64,000 nucleotides of DNA from Phoronis australis (lineage: Eukaryota > Animalia > Phoronida), in the NCBI GenBank assembly GCA_002633005.1, contig NMRA01000553.1, positions 62,161 through 126,160 of the forward strand, written 5' to 3'. The notes beneath the pieces were generated by a model. That model made no database searches and was not told where the DNA came from. It worked only from the letters and a program-made list of their open reading frames with translations. The position numbers and the translations under genes are program-made. Shown one piece after another: positions 39,755 to 51,800 of the stretch. How positions within the stretch are numbered: the stretch's first letter is position 1; the number at the start of each line of letters is the position of its first letter.

Positions 39755-42189
39755 GTTGGCAGTCTATTCATTAGGGAAATACGACTGAATGAACTTTTGA
39801 ATGAAATTATCGTTGGTGTTTATAAATTTTCCTCCTTTCTACGGACCTGTTTTCTTGTTGATAGTCAGTACGTCAACAAATTTCATGAAAATTACGAAAG
39901 GTTTTCTCAGAGTTCATCTCATTGCGCTCCACTGAATCACGGAAGCTCATCTCGATCTTTTAAACATGCCTCTCATACCGTACGTAATTATTGCTCATAC
40001 CGTGCAAGAGAGTTACCTGTGCTTAAAAGATACAGATAAACTCCCCTTGCCTCCAATCGTTAATTAATTACGACGCCTGTCATGATCATCAGATGACTAA
40101 CTGGTTTCGATTGTTAATCGGCGGGATTCGTAAATGTATTGCTCGTGTGTCGATAGGTCAGCTGAGAACTTATATATGGAAGGCCGTTTCAGTGACAAAT
40201 CGGCAGCGCAGAATCTCACCCATGCAACGAAAATATACCACTGGCTGCGTCTTTTTTCGTTCTAATTTCACGAATCGGTGCATTTCATGGGCATCCCTAC
40301 GCCAATAATTCCTTCTGCACCTTCTGCGCAGAGCGGTACACGGGGGCTACACGGTCGATTCCCCGCTGAGGCCGATGTCAGAAAAACATTTCTCGTCCAT
40401 AATGCACGTCTTCTGGCGCTTAAATTTTACAAACAATCTCATGGCAAATCATCTCATCGACCTCTTCCAGCTGAATTAGGAAGACTAGTAGACTTCCCCG
40501 TTATTCCAGTATATTTGCTGCGGCTGTACAAGTGCAGCGTATCCGTCCTGTCTCGGATACTCAGCTGCGGACCTGCAGTGCGCTGGCGCTATGCATGGTG
40601 TCTGTAGCCGTTGTAGGTAATCTTTGCTGGCGTACGCAGGTGTAGTCCATAACTGTATTGTGCCGTCTTGTATATATGTTTCTTTTTATACACAAGTGCA
40701 CATTTCCCCCGCATCAAATATTTTTGTTGAGTGTTCACAATTTTATCAAATTGGTGTTTATACCTTTTGCTAAATATTGCATTTTCCTTTCAGAGTATAT
40801 GATTGCACCTTCATATTATTCAATTGTATTACAATCTGTTACTAAAAATTATGTTGAACGTTTATCTGATTATGATCTCAGCTTTCCTTTAATTGTTCGG
40901 TGCAGCTTGCAAACTGTATGTATACAGCTGTACTTGTACGGTCTCGAATTCAAATAAATAGTTAAAAATATTTTAAACTCTAGTATCTAGGGTCCAATCT
41001 TGGTAATTGAAAGCGAACTAGAAAATATTATTTTATTATTAATAATTAACCAGAACCGCAAATACAATAAATATATTCGAACAAAAAGCTCCATACGTAC
41101 AAGCTGAATCTTAATCCCGTTCATTGGTCATTCACAGAAGCCGCTCTTTATCGCAAAGATGCGAATGACATAATTTAGAAATTCACTTGACACGGGACAG
41201 CCTTGTTCTAAATTTCAGAAAATCGCCGTTTTGACATTTTCCATTCTAAAGGAACTAGTGCCTTGCTTTGTGCTCGAGTATTTTTTTCCGATGCCAGTTA
41301 TTGAAAATTACTGGGAATATCATGCTCGGTTATATTTTGGTTTGAGTGTATACATGTAGCTCCAATGTCGGGAGTCGGAACCGGCTACAAAGTCGAACTT
41401 GATAAAAAGTCAAAATTTCGAGACCAATCGCAAACTTGTCTTCTTCTCAGAACCTTAAGATATACCAGAGGCGGTGTGAGGGTGCGGAGAGCCCTCGGAC
41501 CCCGGCTGTTAGTCTGTAGGTGAAAGCTGATTTTATTGTCTCGGTTTTGGCTTTTCCCCTACGTGCTGAGACCACGTTTTTTCTGTCTCAGTTTTGGTTT
41601 CGAGATGCAGACAGATTTTCGCTAACTTGATAGCGATTTCCATCCGCCGCGGTAGACGGATTTTAGTCAAAAGACAATAGAGTCTTTGAGGAACGCTGTA
41701 CCGCACCTCAGAGCCTGGCAGCCCCGCCAGGGCAAAAGTTAATATATGACTACTCTACTGGACAATACACAGTGCAGTGTGCTCCACTAGCATCTCATAT
41801 TCGCACGAAAGTAGAGTGGAAAATATCCCACTGAGTAACTGAGTTTGATTTCGGGTACACGCATTTACGTGTTGTATCTCAGTTGCCAAATTAAACGATT
41901 TCATAAACGCCGTTAATTACGCCGTAAAATTACTGGCGTAATTTAATTCTTTACGGCGTAAAAGTACGCTCGTAATTTAGTTTAAAGTGTACACAACATG
42001 ACTCTAGTACCTCAATATAAATTTTATTATTATATCTTACTTGATTTCAGTGCCTTTAGTGCACAGCTCATAAAGAAACACGCAAAAATTGAAAAAAATA
42101 ATAATGATGTACAACGTCATGGGTTGAACCCAAGTCGTTTGCCATACCGTTCGGATCAGAGACAAAGTGTCGAGAAGGTTCGTAGAGGG

Positions 42190-42296
42190 ATCAAAAGATG
42201 TGTTTCGGAGGCTGCAGCAACAGCAGCCAGGCGGAAAACGTCTCGGTGTTCCAAAGGACACCAAAGTTGCGCAGAAGTGGCATGACTTCGTGCGCC
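42190..42296 (+). pseudogene. Frameshifted THAP zinc-finger fragment (probable DNA transposon relic), running into a gap
   Basis: Reading across two frameshifts gives KRCV-FGGCSNSSQAENVSVF-PKDTKVAQKWHDFVR, which fits the THAP pattern Cx3GCxN...FP...W. Confidence 0.55.
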
Positions 42297-42573
42297 NNNN
42301 NNNNNNNNNNNNNNNNNNNNNNNNNNNNNNNNNNNNNNNNNNNNNNNNNNNNNNNNNNNNNNNNNNNNNNNNNNNNNNNNNNNNNNNNNNNNNNNNNNNN
42401 NNNNNNNNNNNNNNNNNNNNNNNNNNNNNNNNNNNNNNNNNNNNNNNNNNNNNNNNNNNNNNNNNNNNNNNNNNNNNNNNNNNNNNNNNNNNNNNNNNNN
42501 NNNNNNNNNNNNNNNNNNNNNNNNNNNNNNNNNNNNNNNNNNNNNNNNNNNNNNNNNNNNNNNNNNNNNNNNN
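42297..42573. other. Assembly gap (277 N)
   Basis: Run of N. Confidence 1.
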
Positions 42574-42821
42574 CAGTCGCGGCATCCTTCAGAGCACTAC
42601 AGTTCACCCCTAAAACTGATAATGGACCAACCTCGAAACGGCTCTGGAATTTGCATATCTGTAGAAGTAGGTCATGTTAGTATTTTCATAGATTTAGGTC
42701 GGAGGTGGTGGCAGGAGGTCTACTGCGTATGTTGTAAGGGCGTCACAATTGTTCTACTGATTTCGTTACGTAGGCCTATTAGTGGTATCGGTAATTTGTG
42801 TTTTTGCAAACGGACGCTGAA

Positions 42822-42873
42822 ATGGACATTGCGGCAGAAAATAAGAGTGGACAAAGAAGTGGGTACAACGAAG
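42822..42873 (+). CDS. STOM: Stomatin C exon 1 ([17 protein letters not shown])
   Basis: gaaATGG context; phase-1 donor AAG|GTGAGA. caaagaagtgggtacaacgaaggtgag matches B caaagaggtataggctacgaaggtgag. Confidence 0.65.
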
Positions 42874-45800
42874 GTGAGAACAAATTATTGCATTCGGAGC
42901 CTTTTTTATCACCGGGTGAGACGGAGATCCAGAAAATGATGGCGACATTTCCCAGTCAAATCATTTACATATGCTCATGAACACGTACTGCTTCATATTG
43001 GGGATAGATAATCACTTTAGGCAGCATATCCTGTCTTATTGCTGAGATAGGTTTGCCGGTTAGTCTACGTACAGTTTTCTTGATTTCACACTGGGTGTTC
43101 CTGTCATCACGCGCTATTGCGCAATAGTTTCGCCGGTTTCCAGTCCAAGGTGAACCATTTTATTGCACAATACATCTCTATCCCTGCACGTCGCATGAGG
43201 TTTTGCAAGCGTCAGTTCCCACTGTGCATAACAAGTTAGCACCATAAAGCTGTTGCCAACGGAAGCGTCGGGGACAACTTCACCTGACTTATCTTGACGA
43301 AGTAGGCCAGTAGAGAGCGTAGTTAACACGTATATATATATTGTTAAACATTTCTCCCCATGTCATCCCCTACAATGAATCGTGTGGTTGGAAGAAGAAT
43401 GCGGTTTTCCCCACAGCTATTGTGTTGGGTAAATTGTCCTTTTGTGTTTGTCAGGCGTGGGCTCCTACATTTCCCATGGTCTCAGATTTTGATAGCTGAA
43501 TGAGGGGGTTCAGGTGATGAATCTTGTAGACTCCAAACCAAGAACCACCAGATTCAAGTTGGCTGTTAATCATTATTAGCAATTTTACTGGGCGGTTGTG
43601 GAGCTGTAAAGCTTTTAGTCATAATAGATACCCTGGCTTCTATTAGACCTAACTGAAGCCAGGGCATTTACTTATTTTTAAATGTGCTCCAGACCCGGCC
43701 TCTGTTAGATTGTGACCTCTATAAATAGAGATGCAACGTTTATTAATAACTACGCTTTTCGGACAAAAGCAATATCTAAATTTACCACATTTCTGTTTTA
43801 CAAAGGCTAACCACATTTCTACAAATGCTAAAATTTTACCAAATGTCAGTAAAGCTCTATAGCATACAAACCACATACCATAAAAGCAAAATAAATTTTC
43901 CTGTAAAGTTATTGTTATTGGAAAATTTGACAAAATTAACTGTTCACCCATTTGCCATATTGTGTCTCAAACTGAAAATGTTTTACCGTAGCCCAAGACG
44001 GTGGAGACGAACTGTAAAAAAAATCTCCTTTGCCAATCATCCCAGCTAAAGGCATGTCACGTCATTGCAGGACTCCTTGCTTAAACTTATTGGAGACCCA
44101 GCTATCCTGTATGATAGCTGGCATTGGTTAATTTCAGGGTACCTAAACCCCGCAGCTTCTAGTTAAGAGAGGTATCTGTTAGAAACTAGTCTTCTTTCAG
44201 TATATAAAACTTTACAATACTCTTGTTCTACAGATTTCAGCGATGTCTGTAACTAATAGGATAAAACAGTATTGTATTTTTATCTTCTCAAGTTTCTTTG
44301 TTCATTGTAGTTTTGTCATTTTAGGTGTAAAGTTGAGCTTGCTTTTTGGTTTCAATATTAATTATGATAAGTAATGAAATATTCCATTAAGTGGGTTCCG
44401 ACTTGCCATAGATCTTAACCATCACTGTATATGCTGTTCTTGCTAAGTAGATAGTCCGAGAGTAATGCAGCTATACAGAAGTTCGACATATTTTTAACTA
44501 CAGCGCCTAGTTCTGATTCAGTAAATGAAGTGGAAATAATTAGCTTACCATGGTGCCAAGAAGCAGGTTAGAATCAATTTTGCTGTTTTTTTAATGACAC
44601 ATGCGGGAATATTAAAATAAATCGTGTCATTATGCGATAGTTGAATTCTGTGCTCTCTAGTTGATGTGTGTATTCAAGTAGTTGAATGTGCAATTTGAAA
44701 TGGGAGAAAAATATACTCCTTGGAAAATTACTGCCAAAAATTTTGGACTGTTCTGCTATATGTTTATTATTCAAGTCATTGAAGATCTAGATTTTGTCAA
44801 TCTACCGCAAGTACAAACCACCTCGTTTTGTTTACAGTTCAGATCTTGCAACTCAGGTGACTGAAAAACGCCATGTCAAAAACTTCTAACGAGGCATTGC
44901 ATGCCCAGGCCAGATGACATATTGATGCATCTGAGTGATGAAGTGCATATTTCACAAGCAAAATATGTTCTTTTTTGGGTTTAAATAGTATTCAACTGTT
45001 AGTATTTTACGAAACAAAAAATGGAAATACTTCGATTTAGTGCAAATTTCCATTAGCAGTTAGAGTTTGCTCCGTTGCACTGAACATGTGCCGAAAATGG
45101 AAAGTGAAATGTAAATTAATGTTTCATTTTGTTTTTGCACTTAATATCGGGCAGATGTTACATTGTGTACCCAAACAAGAGCGTGTGTGTCTTTCCTTGT
45201 GTGTGAGAACTCTGAGCAAGTTAGTATCAGCTGAAGCTAGTATTGTGTTTAATGCCTCTTGGTTGAAGAAAGTTCGATGCCAACATTCCCAAAAGTGCAT
45301 ATAAGTCAGGCTCTGTGACCCCTAAGCATCAAATTTTCTTGTTACTATTTTAGCACTCTGGTGTAATCCACCTATTGTGATGAATGTCAGGTGGTACGCA
45401 TGTCTGGCAGTTGAGAGGCAGCTCCTTAGGGAGCCCAAGAAGCTTTCTAGTATTAGGGCTGCTGCCTAGTATATACCAAGCTATGTATTTAACTGAAGGA
45501 GTGAAGGTTATCAGACCTGTCTATGACACTACTGATTTCCTTTCCAGAATTCTTCATAAATTAGTCTGTAAATCTAAAACTTTTGTTTTTGATAATGCAG
45601 GGAATGGGTCAAATACAACCTCAGAAGCAACCCTGGTTAGGTTTTTGGTTCACCTTGTATCACCAAGGAGCCCTGGTTACGCTAACACTTGACCAACAAG
45701 TTAAATATACGTAGATCAATATAAGTGAGCACCACTTGTACTATTCTCATGGGCAGGGCAGAGTAAATAGTTGAAGATGGATAAGACATTTTTAGAGCAA

Positions 45801-48800
45801 CCATTGCATTAGTTCACCCCCAAAATAACCTTGGATTTAAACACATGTGTACATTGACATATAGCGTAGTTAAAAGTCTTGTATGAAGTATGCAAGATTG
45901 ATTACCACGTAGATCCCATATTTTTTGAGTGGGGGGAGGGGAGGAAATAGTTTGACAAAGAAAATAGTTCGACAAAGGGACAATTTACAAGAACGGGATG
46001 TAGAAGAAGTTTTAACCGTTTAAAAACAGAAATGATGGCTATTTATATTACGAGATGAGGTAAGGTCGCGATTGTTATATGTGGATATATTCCGCTTGTG
46101 TTGGCTTACACTGTAAATGGAAGGGCATTTGTTTACTTTGGTTCTTCTATAGTTTTGTGTAGTTGGGTGAGAGCGGCTGATTGTATGGCAATCTGTAAAT
46201 TTCCCTTGACTACAGAATTGGTGGAAGCAACAAGAAAACTTGTGATTATGTTTATGTACACTAGAGGGCTCCCCAACTCAAAGTGTAATCGAGAGCAAAG
46301 TTCACATGTAAAATAAAATACGTAAGTGTGCAGTGTTCAACCCTAAGGGTTGAGGCTAGACAGTACCACGGTCTCAACTGGTAGTAGAAAAAGTGGCCCA
46401 TCGCATAGGCCCTTCATGCGCTTTTAAGTTACAGCAGAAGTTCCTGACATTGTTGTTTGCCAAGTGCGTGTTTCATGAGTGCTGACTGCTGAGGGTGACA
46501 AATGCCCTGATTTCATGAAATAAACGGAACAATTGTGAACCAAAGGTATTGAATCTGTTTGTAGTTTAAACTTTAGAAGTCACTGCAATTTTTGAAAGAG
46601 ATTTCGGTTGAATTATTGTCCAACTTTGATACTCACTGTGACGACATGGGATTTTTCTCAGGTCGCCAAACAATCTGAAGTTGCATTGGTGATTTCAAAG
46701 TCGCCTAATCAAGCGGTAGGTAATTATAAGTGCATCAGAAGTTGCCAAAAGAAGTTGTTTTTCTGGGAATCACATTCTACGGTGAAGAGCATTTCCCATG
46801 TCGCCAAACACAATCTGAAGTTGCATTGATGATCTCAAAGTCGCTAAATGCAGCAGAAGTTGCCAGTTGTTGTATTTCTGGGAATCGCATTTTAAGATGA
46901 AGAGCATTAGATGCTCTTCAATTTAATGTGAGTAGGTAAGCAGTTGTTTGTGGTGATGGCGTGACATAGTTAGCTACTTTCAGTGACATAGTTAGCTACT
47001 TTCATCGAATGCATCAAGAGCTGTTTGGACAAGTTGAAAAACATGTTCTTGCTTGTAACTGAAGTTGAACTGATATCTCAATAATAAGTGAAACTTTGCG
47101 TCCACATTTGTCAAACAAAATGTCTGGGACTGTCATGGTCAATGATTTGTAAAATAAAAAGAGTTCAATTTATCCTCAAATTACGGAATTCTGAGAAATC
47201 AAAATATGTTTTTAAGACAAATTGTAAAGTATTTACGTATTCCTTATGTTTGATGGTAAATAAAAATCTAAGATGTGCTTTTCCTTGGCCATAGATAATA
47301 AAAAATATAGGGATTTTTTTGAAAATTTACACAAGTGCAAGTAAGAAAGTATCTACGTTTTAAAGTTGTCTAAAACATTGGAAATCCTAAGGCCTGAAAA
47401 TGGCGGCTTGAGATTTACCCCGCACAGTTGCTGATGTCTCATATATCTCGTACCTTTGGCAATTAGAAATGCCAAGGGCATTAATGAAAAATAAAATTAC
47501 CACTTCACACACAATACTTGTGCTATTAAAATTCTAAGTTACAATTGAGCTACAATAAGCAGAAAAGTTTTAAGTAACTTGCAACAAGTTGGGTATCAGA
47601 GGGGTGGAAGTCTGTCACCTGCAGCGACACCATCTGACCCTCCAGACTAATTTTTACAAATATTCAAGGAACCTCGCTCTCTAAAACTAAATAATATTAC
47701 AGAGGAACAGTTACAAACATTTACTTCTTCATTGATGATCTTTGCAAATTTTTTAACTTAGAGGCCTGCTATAAATCCGGCACTACGCTTGACACGTGTT
47801 GACAAGAGTGTCTGATTCCACATTTTGTTACGCCCCTAAGTTTGCATCTCTGGCAGATGCACGAGGGATTATTATTTCAGTGAAACCTCAACAATTTTGG
47901 AACAATATTTGCAGGAGCTGAAACTTTATGTTTTCTTAGAGTATTAAGAATATGTAGTACCAAGTTAAGTTATTGCTAATTCTACCATAGTGGAGCATAA
48001 CTCTTTAGCTTCACATTTTCACATTATATTTTGAACAATTTTGGATATTCACAACAACGTATAAAATCTTTGTCAAATGGAGATTGGGATATTTTGATAA
48101 GTTTCGTAGTTGGATTTAGGGAGGTAAAAAGTCTGTGTCTGTGCGAATTATATTGCCATTGTGGTCGCTTTTCTTCGAAAACTCTTTGCCCCCCCTTTAC
48201 GAAATCCTTGAAAAGCGTGTGTATTGGAAAGATAGGTCGTATGTCTCCCAAGGTGCAGTGGCTGTTTCCTGTTCACGTTTCACTGTCTTATTTGTAGTGG
48301 TTTTGTTTTTTCACTCTTGACAGTTGACATAACTATTTCTTGTTTGTTAAGTTCCACCATCTTCAGGCATACATGTATAATACTGTTGTTCCTCCTACTT
48401 GTCACTTAACAATGGCTTTTGGTTGTTAAACACAGTTTTTATGCTGGAGTTCTGTGTCATTTCTTTCAGCTAAATGGTCTTCAGGGATAAGACGCCTTTC
48501 CATGATTCCTCTGCGGCCACTCTCTTAACATAAATGTTTCTTCTTTCCAGATCCATCATCTTCAGGCATAGGATGCTGTGGCTACTTCCTCATGTTCATG
48601 TCAGCAATCCTCATTTTCTTCACGCTGCCATTTTCCCTGTGTGCCTGCTTCAAGGTGAGTTGCATTAAGATAGATGCATTCTCATTCATCTTGTCAAGTT
48701 GTGCTATAGGAATCCATAACTTTATTTCAACGGCTGAAAAGTTGCTGAGACAGGGATTAGACTTAGGGAGTCGTACTACTGGTACCTCAAATTTTAATTT

Positions 48801-51800
48801 TTGTCGTAATGAAAATTTTGAAACGAGTCTGGAAACTGAGCTGCCTTATACTGTCACCATAAGTGGACAGAAGTCGCGTGAGAATCTACCGAAGGCTAGG
48901 TTTGAAGCTGGATAGCGAAGCTTGTGAAAGAGGGAGAGAGGCCCTCAGGGAAGGGGGCTGTTACTGAACTATACTGAAGTAGGAATCGGCAGTTATTGTC
49001 GTTTTGCTGGTCCTAGTTTTTAATTATCTTCGCAATCTGTTACAGTGTTCATGTCTCTTGGCCCACACATCGTTAACAGCTGTGTGACATTTTTAGTACT
49101 TAGGTGTCTTATTAAAAATTTGAAAATGGTTCCACCCAGTTACAGACTGGTGATGCTCTTCAAAATTGTGCTGAAACATTGTTTTTCTTCAGTTATAGTG
49201 TTTTATTCTAAAGTATTCTGCGCACAGACACAAATAGCAGATCACATGAGTAAGCCTTAGTTTGTAATACCAGTGATCCGACAATTTACATCACATGGCA
49301 ACATTTCAGAATGTTAAAAGATCAGTTGCCATGATTACAGTTATGTAAGATGGTAGAAAATTGTTCAACTATGGCCAAGTTTGGAACAGTACATACTTAT
49401 TTGATCAGTGGCTGATTGGAGTCGAATGAAACTGTCGGATATTGTGTTGTATGCACTGTTCTACAAAATGCAGTTAGAAATTTTTTAAAATGACCCAGTT
49501 CCGCAAGAGTGGTTATTCAAGTATGACTTAAAATTTCATAAAAACTTGCATAAAGCAAAGTGATGATTTCGAAAACTGACATTTATATCAAAGGTGCTAT
49601 TCTTTGGCCAAGAGTGTATCTTTCTTGTTTGCCGAGTGTTACTAAAAGACATGGTCATGTGATGCAGCTACATATTGGTACAAAGTTTGACAGAGAATAT
49701 GTACTTCTTTAACTGAGTTATATTTTATTTATTTTTTTAATACATTTATTGCCCAGACAACATCACGTAGCCAGTCTGAGGTTGGGTGCCCCAGTTCTGG
49801 CTTTAACAAAAGTATGTAATAGCGACTAATAGATATATAAGGCAATAAAATGTAGCTGGAAAGGGGAAAGGTTATATTTTATAGTTTTGTAGAGATTTGA
49901 CTGAATACACAGTCAGGCTTTTTGTTAAGGTCCTTGTCAGAATAATATTGATATAAGTGTCATTACAGTCTATTTTTGTTCCTTGGTAGGTGGTCCAGGA
50001 GTATGAGCGTGCTGTCATTTTCCGCCTCGGTCGACTGGTGTCAGGGGGCGCTAAAGGACCTGGTAAGTGGATCAATATTGAAATGAGACTTAGTTGCATC
50101 TCTGGTCCCATTTCTTGGCTGCAGGCCTCGATACTGTTTATGGGAATCCTCCAACATACCTCTGTTTAGTGTAACCTCAGTAGAAGTATTATCCAACTCA
50201 GCAAAAAATTCCCAGTATCAAAATCACAAGTGGAGCCCCTGGTTTTTGGCAATAACGGAAAATCGATGGAATTCCTGTAATCTAACTTCTTTGAACACAG
50301 AATTTGACGGTTTAAACAGAATTTTTGTATTTCTGTATTTAGATAGCATTGGAATATTTCTTATAGCCCATCATCCTCTGCTATTTGGCCACAAATCAAT
50401 TGATGTTCATTGCTCAGCAAACATGTTCAAGTATTTGTTCAATCTGTCTAAAGGTGGAACTGTGGTTGTGAGAAACAATCATGACGTGTAGCGAATTATG
50501 TTTAAAACAGAACTGTGGCATAATTCATTGATAAAAGTAAATGCAATTACCAGGTCATGTTATGTTACTTCTCTCTGTGAAATTGTATAATCCAATTGAT
50601 GATTTACCAAAACCATTAGAAACATAATTGTATGTTTGCTTAAAGGGATGTTTCTGTTTTTAAAAACAGAAAATCAGTGTCTGCAGTAGGAATTGCAAAA
50701 AAGTCACGCATGTTGCAAACTGATTTTGGTCAAAAAAAGAAAGTGAATTATCATGGAGACAAAGTACGTATTAAACACGTGCTATTCTTTGTAATACACG
50801 TATGTAAGTCAAGTTATTTAGTAATAAAAGGTACTTTCCCATTAGCGGAACTTCAGTTTAACAACTGAAGGCTTCGATGAAACTTCGCTTACCTTTACGA
50901 CTAGACAACGATATCTACGCAGTTCATTCGTACTCTCTAACGAATATTGAGTAGTGGGTTCGAGGCTAACTGAAAATTGTTCTACTGCCATTCACGAGTG
51001 TTTCTGAAAATAATCATTGTCTTTTTTTCATTAGATATGCTTTCTTTATTTACGTGTCTCTATTGAGAGCATGTCAGCTCTGCTAGAATAACGAATAACG
51101 CATTTTCCTAAGTCTCACGTGATTGTATATCGTTGTCATGACCTCCACTCTAACTGACCTTTCTCACTACACCGAAGTTTCTGTGAGTACCAAAGCTTTG
51201 CTTTTAAATCCTACTATTTTCATCAAAGTTTTGCTTGCAGATTAATTACCAGGGCTAACCTTTCCCACTTATCATACCGAAACTTCGGTAAAAGCCAAGA
51301 TTCGCCTCTAATGAGAAAGCGACTTAAGTAATGTTCTGCACAATCAAACCACATTACAGGACGCCGTTTGTTGGCTTAATATATTCCCATTCAAAGTCTC
51401 GATCCATGTGAACTGTCTATATATAGAAACTGATGTGGTTTAGGCAAACTTCGAGTACAAGGGATATTTTTGAAAAGTCCCTGCCTTGATGGGACACTGC
51501 ATCTCATTTGTAACCGTCTATGTTGGACACTTTGTAAGTCGCTTATAACACCGGTACTTAATCTGCGTACAGAACTTTGCTTAAAATAGTAGGATTTAAC
51601 AGGGAAGCTTCGGTACTCACTGAAGCTTCGGTGTAGTGGAAACACTAAAAGTGAAGGTTCATCGACTCGGTAGAGGTTGCGGCAACGATATATGATCGTG
51701 CGAGGCTCACGCAATGTCTGTGTATAGTTATTGTAGCGTAGCTGAAGTGCTCTCAATAGTCGGACGTAAAATTAGTAAACGAAAGCATATCTGATGAAGA

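Noticed and set aside
42037-42680. Long ORFs spanning N runs (also 61355-61854)
   Set aside because: They stay open only because N codons are not stops.
44838-44935. Possible alternative exon in paralog C intron 1, loosely like the 4483-4599 exon of A (tttacag|ttcag...gccATGTCA)
   Set aside because: The ATG frame stops after 14 codons, the 19-nt micro-exon reading would frameshift, and the similarity is too weak to call.
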